The translations under genes and the position numbers were made by a program. Source: Octopus bimaculoides (taxonomy: Eukaryota). Taken from it: a stretch of DNA of 64,000 nt. The number at the start of each line of letters is the position of its first letter. Positions within the stretch are counted from its first letter, which is position 1. The DNA lies in NCBI RefSeq assembly GCF_001194135.2, contig NC_068994.1:28958773-29022772 (forward strand), read 5' to 3'. The notes under the pieces were generated by a model. That model was given only the letters and a program-made list of their open reading frames with translations. It made no database searches and was not told the DNA's origin. Of the stretch, positions 50,098 to 61,970 are shown piece by piece.

Positions 50098-50805
50098 ACT
50101 AGGTCAATGCCTGTCGCTATCTGCCAGGTAACAACCTAGTCAAGATTAAATGGATCCTTCAGTAGAAGCCTACTACAAGGGTTGCATTGAGATACTCAAC
50201 AACAACAACCCATTATTATAGAGAAAGTCTTCTTTTAAAGTTTGTGCTGTGTTGTCTATATGTTGAAAGACATACAGAAACACACACACACATACACACA
50301 CAACCAACCAAAAAGATAACTATATATATTATATATATATATGCATATAGTTATTTTTTTAAAAGTTTGTGTTGCGTTGTGTTGACAAACTTGTACTTAA
50401 AATTTCCATATCCTTAATCAAAACTATCATTCACACACACACACATCATACTCTCTCTCCCTCTCTCTTTCTCTCCACAACAACTTTTTTCTCCTTGAGA
50501 TGAAATGAATCCTTCAGTAAAAGCCTACTACAATGATCATATTGACATGCTCAACAACAACCTGTTTCTTTTTCGTGAAACAAATTTTAATTCTATCTTT
50601 TACTCCTCTCTCTCACACACTCTCTCTCTCGCTGAACAACAACAACCTGTTGTTATAGTGAAAGTATTTTTTAGAGTTTGTGTTGTGCTATTATTTCACT
50701 CTTTTACTTGTTTCAGTCATTTTAAAGTCTGTGTTGTGTTGTCTATATGTTGAAAGACACACATCAAAACACACACAAACAACCGAAAAGATAACTATAT
50801 ATATT
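50098..50805. repeat. Two copies of a local ~200-300-bp module; third copy at 52553-52850
   Basis: Shared ccttcagta(g/a)aagcctactacaa and gtgttgtgttgtctatatgttgaaagaca...aaaagataactata blocks. Confidence 0.85.
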
Positions 50806-51150
50806 TGTTGTTGGCACTCCGTCGCTTACGACGTCGAGAGTTACAGTTGATCCGATCAACTGAACAGCCTGCTCGTGAAATTAACGTGCAAGTAGCTGAG
50901 CACTCCACAGACACGTGTACCCATAACATAGTTCTCGGGGATATTCAGTGTGACACAGTGTGACAAGGCTGATCCTTTGAATTACAGGCACAACAGAAAC
51001 AGAAAGTAAGAGTAAGAGAAAGTTGTGGTGGAAAAGTACAGCAGGGTTCGCCACCATCCCCTGCTGGAGCCTCGTGGAGCTTTAGGTGTTTTCGCTCAAT
51101 AAACACTCACAACGCCTAGTCTGGGAATCGAAACCGCGATCCTATGACCG
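50806..51150 (-). mobile_element. tRNA-headed SINE family D with LINE-like tail (related fragment at 20660-20815)
   Basis: Minus head ...ggatcgcggtttcgattccc (B box), body aattcaaagg(atc/gc)cagccttgtcac, tail gccaacaacaa. Confidence 0.65.
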
Positions 51151-51534
51151 CCAGTCCGCTGCACTTGCGCCTCCACTAACTATANNNNNNNNNNNNNNNN
51201 NNNNNNNNNNNNNNNNNNNNNNNNNNNNNNNNNNNNNNNNNNNNNNNNNNNNNNNNNNNNNNNNNNNNNNNNNNNNNNNNNNNNNNNNNNNNNNNNNNNN
51301 NNNNNNNNNNNNNNNNNNNNNNNNNNNNNNNNNNNNNNNNNNNNNNNNNNNNNNNNNNNNNNNNNNNNNNNNNNNNNNNNNNNNNNNNNNNNNNNNNNNN
51401 NNNNNNNNNNNNNNNNNNNNNNNNNNNNNNNNNNNNNNNNNNNNNNNNNNNNNNNNNNNNNNNNNNNNNNNNNNNNNNNNNNNNNNNNNNNNNNNNNNNN
51501 NNNNNNNNNNNNNNNNNNNNNNNNNNNNNNNNNN

Positions 51535-52224
51535 TATAGAACAGATAAAAGTTTTTGTATTCGAAGTTATTTCATGTAAAAAATTGTCGTATTTCGGTAA
51601 TTTCAATCAATCACTGACGTCTATTGAGGTGAAAACAATTACTGCCGTGGAATGTAAACAACATGTTCTAACGGTGTGATGGGATCTTTTCCCTTGAATA
51701 AAATTAGTGCCGTAGTTTGTCAACAACAACTATCCGTAGTACTGTTATTCATGACATCGTTCGTGCGTTTGTACTGGTTTTAGGGTTAGGGTTCGGGTTT
51801 TAGAGTTAGGGTTAGTTTTTGGGTTATGATTATTTTTGCCATAACTTCACTCATAACCCTAACCCTAACCCTTAAACCCTATAACTCATAACCATAACCC
51901 TAACCCTAACTCCAACCCTAACCCTAAAACCCTAAACCCTACTAGGGAATAATGATATAATTAAACAGGGAATAACACTCTTGGCACCGGCAAAAATTAT
52001 TGTTTACAAAAACAGCAGTAACTGTATTCAGCTGAATAGACGTCAGTGAGTGATTGAAATTACAGAAATACGACAACTTTAACATGAAATAACTTGCAAT
52101 GTACAATTTTTTGTTAAGAAGAATAAGAGAAAAAGATGTTTTATATGACACATTCTACCAGTATCCCAAGTTTGAAAGTGTTTCGTTACGAAAACAAGTG
52201 GTGCCCGTCAAATCAGAAAGATCC
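51535..52224. mobile_element. GGATC-ended TIR element with telomeric repeats (copy B; left end in gap)
   Basis: Right TIR aagtggtgcccgtcaaatcagaaagatcc. (TTAGGG)n-spacer-(CCCTAA)n at ~51777-51940. Near-identical to copy D. Confidence 0.85.
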
Positions 52225-52556
52225 CAATGCTATACCTTGAACTTCTTATCCCAAGTTTTTGCTAAAAAAGTTTTCTTCATTTTGAGTTTGGGCTTTAAGT
52301 TTTAAAAATGTTCCGTGAATACATAGCACGTGTGGTTCTCCGTGTCTTATGCTGTGGATAAAAATAATAAATTCGTATCGAGAAACATGTTTTTGAGTTT
52401 TCCTTAGTGTTCGAGAAATTCTGACACACTTGAACTGCCAATTAAATACTATTCGGTGAAGCGAACCACACGATGATGACCAATGGTAGTATTTTTTAAC
52501 CTGATTGATACAGTCGCATACAATGCTTTATTTATTTATTTTTTTATTAAATACGA

Positions 52557-52590
52557 GTCGTTACCCGCCACTATGCTGCCGGGTAACGAC
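52557..52590. other. GC-rich hairpin, Helitron-terminus-like
   Basis: Perfect 11-bp IR gtcgttacccg/cgggtaacgac. A degenerate homologue at 50113-50135 is flanked by actag and ctagt. Confidence 0.6.
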
Positions 52591-52832
52591 CAGGTGAAGA
52601 TGAAATAGAACCATCAGCAAAATCTTACTACAATGATCACAACTTGTTTTTTTTTTTTAATTTTTTCATCCACTCTCTGTTCCTCTCTCTTTTTATCGAA
52701 ACAACAACAACAACCTGCTATTATAGTGAAAATCTTTTGAAGTCTGTGTTGTGTTGTCTATATGTTGAAAGACATACAGAAGCACACACACAAATAAATT
52801 TACACACAAACAACCAAAAAGATAACTATATG

Positions 52833-52872
<40 letters not shown>

Positions 52873-54622
52873 GTCAGATGCTGGCCATGATGAATACCAC
52901 ATGGTATTGAAAATACGTATTCGCCTTTATATATTTAATCCTTTATATTGAACACTCAATATTTCATATATTCAATAAGACATTCAATACTTCATTTCAT
53001 TGTACCATCCATTTTTATATTATATATTATATATTCCACAGGGTCCTATCAGAAGCAACCGTCATTATGCTTTCCGTTTGGATTCCCAAGCATAACCACT
53101 GAGACCACAAGCTTCAAGAATCCGTCTTACATTCCTTTCCTGCGACATTCTAATCCCAAGTCCGTGACCGTGACCTCTAAGCTCCAGACGACATCTATAT
53201 ATATGATTATTCCAAAGAAGAACATAACAATAATTTATCGTAATTCTTAGAAGTTACTCATAAATCTAGCATAACACCTAAATAACGATGCGACTTAAAA
53301 AACAACTTCTACAAATCCTCTCTTGGCAAGATAATATGAACATATGCCGTTCATCATCGAAATACATATCTCTGAGACTGCCATTGAGTTAACAATTAAA
53401 ACAGCAACTAGGTCGACAACATTCTCTACTTGGTTACTAAACCCTGCCAAGAAAAATCATTGCGTTGAAGTAAGAGAAGCCTATGCTATCAAAAAGTGGC
53501 CTCTAACCAAAGTGACTGATCAGAAACCCATAGCTTATCATATATCTAATATCAATCACAAAAGAATAAAAATGGAATAAAATTAACGTGGTCGATTAGA
53601 ACTCCTGTCACTCTGTTACGAAATCTCCCTTAATGCTGCTGCAGATTCACTATCGGGTGGTTTTGGTGGTACTGTCACCTTGGCGTTATATAGTTCATGC
53701 ATTTTGTTCTGGGACAAAAGCTTCCGTATTCTGAGGACGACTTTAAACAACCGTTTCTGGATGTCATATTTGTCAAAAGTTAAAACTACAATACTTATCA
53801 TCCAGAACCACATCAGCTCTATGTCTTCCTTTCATCGCATAAGCATTGATTTTCGTGTTCGTCAAATAAATATCTGTTGATTGTTGCCAATGAAAATTCC
53901 CGCTTTCCCTAACCGCGACATTTCTTCATCGAATGTCATTTCTTACCTGACCACATCATTCCCTATCTTCAGTTCACCTCGATCAGAGCGAAGTATTAAA
54001 CAACAACAACAAAGTGAATATAAGCATATAGAGTGTGTGTTTTAAATGGCAAGGAAGCTACATCGATATTTTGGGAGTAGGTGTGTATGTATGTATGTAT
54101 GCATGCATGTATGTATGTATGTATGTGTGTATGTATATATGTACGTATGTAAGAATGTATACATGTTTGTATGTATGTACGCACGTTCGTACAAACAAAC
54201 GATTGAATGAACGAATGAATTAAATGGGCTGAATGAACACCAATGGGAGGGCTACTTGGCTGATTGGTACTTCATCGCTAACGGATACAGGCCAGCCTTT
54301 GGCCCATAGACATGCTGTCTCCTGTCTGTCTCTTTTTTTCTATCGCTACAATATTAGTTTGTTTCATACCTCTATCACTTAGGCACCCCAAACCACTCAT
54401 CTCATCTCTCAGCTCATTTGATGTGTCCAACTACCCTTTGCCCACATTAACAGTTCCACTCAGTCCTTTGTTTTCAGACCATTATCCTTCTGGAATCTCA
54501 CCCTGCCTCTTGTCTTCTGATGACCTGCATCTGTTCAAACGAAACAATAACAGCATCAATTTTTTTGTCAGACTCAGATGGCCTGCAAGGGTTATGGGCT
54601 CTCTCCCATCCTTCAGATTCTG

Positions 54623-54658
<36 letters not shown>

Positions 54659-57600
54659 TAAGAAAATGACAATTTGCATGTAAGCGGCTCATGCAAGAAT
54701 TTTTTTCGGACAGTTGCTCAATAAAATGAAATTCAAGCGTTAACCTAAGTTTTATTTGAATGAATATCGTATTTTATAGCATATCAGACGCACATATGTT
54801 TTGAAAAAAAAAAAAGTTAGTTTTAAAAAAATCACCCTGGGTCTTATATGCGAGGTTCATCCCCGCCTCATAAGCTAATATTACATGCTGTAATAAAGCG
54901 GCGAGCTGACAGAATCGTTGGCACGCCGGGTAAAATGCTTAGCGGCATTTTGGGAAAAACNNNNNNNNNNNNNNNNNNNNNNNNNNNNNNNNNNNNNNNN
55001 NNNNNNNNNNNNNNNNNNNNNNNNNNNNNNNNNNNNNNNNNNNNNNNNNNNNNNNNNNNNNNNNNNNNNNNNNNNNNNNNNNNNNNNNNNNNNNNNNNNN
55101 NNNNNNNNNNNNNNNNNNNNNNNNNNNNNNNNNNNNNNNNNNNNNNNNNNNNNNNNNNNNNNNNNNNNNNNNNNNNNNNNNNNNNNNNNNNNNNNNNNNN
55201 NNNNNNNNNNNNNNNNNNNNNNNNNNNNNNNNNNNNNNNNNNNNNNNNNNNNNNNNNNNNNNNNNNNNNNNNNNNNNNNNNNNNNNNNNNNNNNNNNNNN
55301 NNNNNNNNNNNNNNNNNNNNNNNNNNNNNNNNNNNNNNNNNNNNNNNNNNNNNNNNNNNNNNNNNNNNNNNNNNNNNNNNNNNNNNNNNNNNNNNNNNNN
55401 NNNNNNNNNNNNNNNNNNNNNNNNNNNNNNNNNNNNNNNNNNNNNNNNNNNNNNNNNNNNNNNNNNNNNNNNNNNNNNNNNNNNNNNNNNNNNNNNNNNN
55501 NNNNNNNNNNNNNNNNNNNNNNNNNNNNNNNNNNNNNNNNNNNNNNNNNNNNNNNNNNNNNNNNNNNNNNNNNNNNNNNNNNNNNNNNNNNNNNNNNNNN
55601 NNNNNNNNNNNNNNNNNNNNNNNNNNNNNNNNNNNNNNNNNNNNNNNNNNNNNNNNNNNNNNNNNNNNNNNNNNNNNNNNNNNNNNNNNNNNNNNNNNNN
55701 NNNNNNNNNNNNNNNNNNNNNNNNNNNNNNNNNNNNNNNNNNNNNNNNNNNNNNNNNNNNNNNNNNNNNNNNNNNNNNNNNNNNNNNNNNNNNNNNNNNN
55801 NNNNNNNNNNNNNNNNNNNNNNNNNNNNNNNNNNNNNNNNNNNNNNNNNNNNNNNNNNNNNNNNNNNNNNNNNNNNNNNNNNNNNNNNNNNNNNNNNNNN
55901 NNNNNNNNNNNNNNNNNNNNNNNNNNNNNAAGATGATACATGTTGATTTAATTAGGTATTTCTGTTTATTTAGAAACCTACAATGAACAGGTCGTGTCAC
56001 AGACGCTAAACTATAAATTTCACAGTGTACAACCTTAAAGTTGACACCACTCCGCTTACCGCAGAAAATTTCTGTCCCGCCATTGGCTAAAATTACGGAG
56101 TTTTTCCGATCTTTAAACCTCTGTAACTCTTTCCTCCAATTTTTTTTTCTCTACAACAACATACCTTCATAGCAATGAGACTGGAAGACTACTTTATTGT
56201 AACTGATTTTCAGATAAAAATTTTTTTTTAAAAAAACAAAATGCATATTTTGCGAAAGACTGGAACCAGAAAACGCTGTTGTGGGAATGTACGCAGCACG
56301 TGTACTACAGCAGTACAATGCATAGCTTAAATACTGAGATTGAAAGGGAGGGGCGAATTATGCCTACCTAATCTACAAACAAATAATATATTTTGCACTT
56401 TATGCATAGTAATCAGAGTAGCCTTACAATTTTTATTGAATTAGGTGCATATTTTACCATAAAAGGAAAATATTGCTATCGATCTTATTTTATTCAAGAT
56501 TTTATTCAAATTTTTCCTGAATATGCGCTACGGAAATTGGGGTGGATTTTTTTTTATACCACCAAATACCCGGTTTCCATGGCATACAAGTAACCGAAAT
56601 CTCAACTTCACTCCTGGGTTGAAAGAAATAGATACATAAGGCTACCTAAAAGTGTTTCATTACACTGAATATGAAATCAATTTGAACGGAAATCGACCTT
56701 GGCAGACAAATTGCCTGAAGATCATTTAAATGTATTGTTATCAATGTTAAGTCCAGTCTCGAAATTGTTTCAAACGTTGCTAGTAATTACTATCAAGGTC
56801 TTTTCTTTTTTTTTTTTTCTCTCTATCGTCTGCAACTTCATAACCCATAAACCAACGAGAGAGCAGCCTCTTCATCAGTCATCAACAAATTGTAATCTCA
56901 GATGCTCCTAACGAAAAATTACCTTGAATTTTCATTTAGTAGTGCACCCTTCCTGATGATACACCATACCTCTTGCAACTAGCTTCTCGAAAAAGGTTGC
57001 CCATGCTTGCTCTACATGGTCGCTTGACCTGCTATAAATTGTAGCCAAATCTCTTTAAATCACAACTATATTGTCTTATATGAAAAGAAAACATTAGATG
57101 ATGTAATCCTTTACACGTTTAAAAAAGACCTGGATGGTCATAGATGTGTTTGATCAAAAGTCTGCTCGATCAAAATTCATCTGGGTTTAAACGTCTATAA
57201 TAAAACAATAGCAATGATGTCACCATAAACTTAATAAGTATTTCTCAGAAATGTTCAAGGTATACAAGTATCTAAACCAACTAGACATGCTTATCTTATT
57301 ATTTTATTAACCTCCTATGGGATTAAAGACTTGCTGTTATTTCTAATGAAAACGCAGTATGACAAAACCTATATCCCTCCAGTGTAGGGATTCTTAATCA
57401 GGCTATTTATATTCATTCGGGGTAGCGGAGGGACTAAGTCGTTCAAAACTTCGTTTGCAGTAGCCAAGATTTCCGCTCAGAGCCTTGAGTTCGTGTTTTA
57501 GAATAATTAAACTCCCCTCAAGAGCTCGTTGTGAAGAGTCACCATGCAGTTTTGTTAATATGTTAATAAGATGCGACTAATGAGGTGTAAACTCATTGCT

Positions 57601-57714
57601 CCTCTTACATTTTATTATGTTGTTAACTATCCAATATGGCGGCGAAGATTGTAGATGTTTTCTTCAAGTTTTGTTTTCCATCTAGGTTGTTTCGATTTCG
57701 TACTTTCATTACCG

Positions 57715-58319
57715 GGATCTTTTTTAAAACGGGGTCCACATTTTTCATTAACGAAACACTTTGAAACTTGGAACACTGGTAGAATGTGTCATATAAAACA
57801 TCTTTTTCTCTTAGTCTTCATAAAAAAAAAAAAGAAATCCATAAATTATTCCATGTTAAAGTTGTCGTATTTCTGTAATTTCAACCAATCACTGACGTTC
57901 ATTCAGCCGATATACATTAAGTGCCGACTACATAAACAAACGATTCTGAAACAATTAACCCTAACCCTAACCCTAACTCTAACCCTAACCCTAACCCTAA
58001 CCCTAGGGTTAGGGTTAGGGTTAGGGTTAAAGCAAATTTAAAATGAAAAATGCAAATAAAACGAAGGTATGGAGATTAAATACGCTTTACATCGCTTAAT
58101 CAGCCAAGGAGTAAATATAAACAACTGAATACTTGTCAGTGATTGGTTGAAATTATCGAAATAAGACAATTTTTTACATGAAATATATTCGAATACAAAA
58201 ATATTTTTCTGTTCTATAACACAAAATAGATAAGTATACGAAGTTTGAAAGTCTTTCGGTACCAAAAACACTACGTAAAACATTAATGAAAAATGTGGCC
58301 CCCGTTTTAAAAAAGATCC
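57715..58319. mobile_element. Complete 605-bp GGATC-ended TIR element with 8-bp TSD (copy C; Merlin-like MITE)
   Basis: TSD CATTACCG at 57707-57714 and 58320-58327. TIRs ggatctttttt-aaaacgggg(t/g)ccacatttttcattaa. Central telomeric palindrome. Confidence 0.92.
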
Positions 58320-58755
58320 CATTACCGTATACTGCAGATTTCTCATAGGTGTTCTTTAACAGTTATTGCAGCTGTGTGTATGAGAGTATTAATACTCCTG
58401 TAATTAACATAACATGATTCCATGTGCTTTCCAACGACATCGTCGTTAACTTTCAACATGAGAGCTGTTGCATTTTTTAAAAACTCTTGTTAAGAATGGC
58501 TTTTTACTTAACGATAGTTTTGAAGAAGTAGAAAAGTTTTCCATGAACTGTAGTTTGAGGATATTTCTAAGTTGAATATATCCCACAGTTGCGTCTGTTG
58601 ACTCAGCTACGTGAGAATTTAGCGATGGCGGCGGTTTTGTTTACATTATTTTCTATCTCTCTTTTGGCAGGTTTTGGCCAGTTCTCAGTGTTTTGAGAAG
58701 ATCGATTGCATCACTAGAGCAAGTATGTATGTTTTATGTATGAATGTATGTATGC

Positions 58756-58788
<33 letters not shown>

Positions 58789-59879
58789 TGTATGTATGTA
58801 TGTATGTATGTAGGTAGGTAGGTAGGTAAGTAGGTATGTAGGTAGGTACGTAGGTACGTACGTACGTAGGTACGTACGTACGTATGTCATTGTTCAGTTT
58901 TATTTGAAGATTTCTTGCCAATAGAGAAAGAGCCGATTTCTAACCTAGATCCAAGTTTCTTTCAGTGGAATTTCAACATCAACAAGGTATTTTTGTATGT
59001 ATGTATGTGTAGTAACGCCTGCGCATGCGTAGTCTTACGCATGCGTAGAATAAAACAAGCAAGCGTTTCCCGCTCAATTCATTCTCTTTCTCGCTGGCCA
59101 GCGATTGAGCAAGGACGTGTGTTTAAAAGCTGTCCCTACATCTTTCGGTCTTATACTCGACAGCTCGTTATTCTCACCTCTAAAGATGTATAACTAAAGA
59201 TATGTATGTTTTACCAAGTAAATAAATGTTGTTTAAGTTGTTTAGTCTGGAGTTCAGCGTTCCGTCAATTTCTTTAATTTTATAGTAGAAAGTCAGGTGT
59301 ACAATCTAAAGATGTATAACCCACTTTCTACTAAATATGTATGTATGTCTGCATACATGCATGCATGCATGTATGCATGCATAGTAAGCCTGGTAACATG
59401 TACCCCAGTACAACCTGTTGCATGGTTGGGTCGTCGACGATTAAAGTGGCAACCCCATCAAGCTTGCTTGATGAGGATGGTGATTGGTGAACACCACGTA
59501 AGACGAAAAATAAGACCTGTCAAAGGGCGGAAGAACTTATGAACAGTCAACGGCCATTCAACAATATGTGTACATGTGTAGGTATGCATGTAAGTATGCG
59601 CGGGGCGCGTGGAAATACCTGGGTTGGTGTCCGGGTGCGTGGTTGGCCCATTGGGAGTTGGCGGTCCCTCTGTTGTTTCACAACATCTCTCTAGGAGAGG
59701 AAAACCTGTGACACTGACAATATTTGATGATGCAGACTAGTTCTTCTTTTCGAGTTTATGTTATCCATGTTCAGAGAGTAGGATTGGATTTATGCAAATC
59801 CTTTTCCCACTATAAAAAAATCATCATGCACAGGCAGCGCTTGAAAAAAATATGATCTATCACAACATGGCTGGTCGTA

Positions 59880-60345
59880 GCCTTCGCATGTGTGGGACTT
59901 TTGATCAGGTGATGGCAACACTGGAACACAAGTTTGCAGCCGTCATGGTAAGCCTGTATATTATAGGCTTGCAACGTACACTAGCGCGAAATTCCTCTCT
60001 CCTTTATCACATATATTTGCATTCGAACGTAGCTGATAACAGTTAGCCTTTGGCCGCTATTTGGACCCCGTTGTGTCCACTACTCTGATTGGTTGGTATT
60101 GGCGCAATTTGTCTCTTACTCTGTCGTTCCAACATGCAGCGTATAACCAGTCGGAGCCCCTAAATAAGATCACGTGAGACAGCCTTTTCTCAACCCCATT
60201 TGAACCTACTGTTTCTTATAAAAACCTAGCTTTTCCTCGTCTCGAGGTCTTTGGTTCCAGACCTTTTAAGGTCTAACCACTGACCACACGCATACACAGC
60301 TCAAGCTTGATCACAGTTCCTTCTATAATGGTGACCCCGATGTGA
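59880..60345 (+). mobile_element. Probable Gypsy LTR followed by a tRNA-Trp primer-binding site (left boundary approximate)
   Basis: TGGTGACCCCGATGTGA at 60329-60345 is complementary to the tRNA-Trp 3' end with 1 mismatch. TATAAAA occurs at ~60217. Confidence 0.55.
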
Positions 60346-60562
60346 ACACGCATCACCACGTGACACCACGACCATCAAAAGGCTTACCAGAATTTCATAG
60401 GCTCAAAGTGGTATAAACTTCAAATTATAGGTATCAAACCACGCCAACTTCAAATTTAGAGGTATCATAGTTATAGGAGCTTATATCAAAAACTTCTGTA
60501 ACGGGTGAGATTGATTATTTTTGCATCGGTTGAAATTTAATTGTGACGTTTAAGATTTGTTA

Positions 60563-61252
60563 TTATAACAGCCCTTGTAGTTGCGCCGAGAGTGTTTGAA
60601 TCTGAGCAGCCTGTTGAGCCAGGAGTGCGCGTAGTTCCAGCAGTTCCAAGGAATCCGAAGAAGCAGCAAAAGGATTGGTGGAAGATATTGGAGCCATCGT
60701 CGAGAAGGGATTGGCTGCCTCAGTGATTCGATCTGCTATCTCGGCCAGTTTATCGACAGTGGCCGATTCTTTTGTAGATGCCAGTATTACTTGTGTGGTG
60801 GCAGGCAGACGTTTCAGGAATATTTGTTTGAATATCACGTCTGGCAAGGTGTGATCACCTAGCAGTTGCTTCATACGTCGTAATAGTTGTGACGGAGTTT
60901 TATCACCCAGCTCTTTGGAAATTAAAAGTTGGTACAGTCGCCGCTGCTCCGAGTCAGAAATCCTTTTTATGAGTTCAGTCTTAAAAGTGTCGTATTACAT
61001 GGAACCTGGTAGGGCCATAATCAAGTCCCTGACCTCCATTATTATTTCAGGTGAAAGGGCACCGATTAAATGTGTTTATTTCGCTGCGTCGCTCGCTATG
61101 CTATTTGCAGCAAACAGAGCCTCGACGTGAGTGAACCAGAGGGCCGGATCGAAAGACCAGAAGGATGGCAGTTTTATTGAAATTGCGGCCTGAGGCAGAG
61201 CCATGTCTACGGAAGAAGAGGATGCAGGCATGTCTTGCTCTGGAAAGTGCAT
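60563..61252 (-). pseudogene. gag: Gypsy (CsRn1/Mag-like) gag pseudogene, 3'-truncated
   Basis: IKLPSFWSFDPALWFTHVEALF...YDTFKTELIKR.SDSEQRRL.QLL..ELGDKTPSQLLRRMKQLL...FLKRLP. In-frame TAA stops at 61078-61076 and 60997-60995. No zinc knuckle or pol follows. Confidence 0.85.
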
Positions 61253-61287
61253 ATATAATAAAAAGGAGGTGGTAATTTCTCTTTACA

Positions 61288-61970
61288 CGGGGTCACCAAG
61301 TTGTTGGTAATGAAGCTTCAGAAGGCAACAATTATTTCGCTCGGGGTCACCAGTTGTAACGATAAAAAATTCTTGATATAACGGCATGTTGTAGGAAGTG
61401 AATGATGAACGATGTATGAAGTTTTAAGAAAGTATTTATTTACCGTTACGTTGAAAATACCTTGCCTCGACGGGCAGGTGGATAAAATCCGAGAGCATGC
61501 GAAAGAAAGTTAGATGTGGTAGAATTTTTCTTTGTATAGTTTTTTTTTTTAGCAGTAAGCTACCGATAGCGAAAGAATGATGTTGTAAGAGAACAGATAT
61601 AGAGCTAGTGAAAGTTGTAGGGTCGTGGGAAGGGTGTCTCATAGCTGCTGACAGTAAATTTCATTTCTCTCGCTGACCATTGTCTTTAGTAGCTGCCTTA
61701 CTTTGGATCATGATTCTAGCGGTCCGATCCCTAACTGATTGAGTTGTCACGAGCTGACTCACTCAGTTATCACCAAGTGACTATTCGGTTTTTGCTTGGG
61801 GGTTCTTGCTTTTATAACTATCCAGAAGACATTATTTCGGCCGACCTAAATGAAACCTGGCAAATGTAAAACTGCTGTCAGAGAAAAACCATTGTGAGAA
61901 AAGTTCTGTTGAACTGTTAATTTAAATTTGGCTATGGTGGATCGAATCCACTTCATGCCTGCAAGATACA
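61288..61970 (-). mobile_element. 5' LTR (ends TACA at 61358-61355) and two tandem tRNA-Trp PBS motifs upstream of gag; far LTR boundary uncertain
   Basis: Minus GTTACA-ac-TGGTGACCCCGA (61352-61341) and a second TGGTGACCCCG (61298-61288). Confidence 0.65.

Noticed and set aside
51777-51940. (TTAGGG)n-(CCCTAA)n as an ancestral chromosome end-to-end fusion site
   Set aside because: The same arrangement recurs at 63700-63910 inside a TIR element, so it is transposon-borne.
53580-53990. Possible LINE RT C-terminal relic on the minus strand
   Set aside because: Too many stops and frameshifts to assign a clade with confidence.
54510-54550. CTGATGA...GAAAC in a Penelope-terminus-like context
   Set aside because: Stems I and II do not pair.
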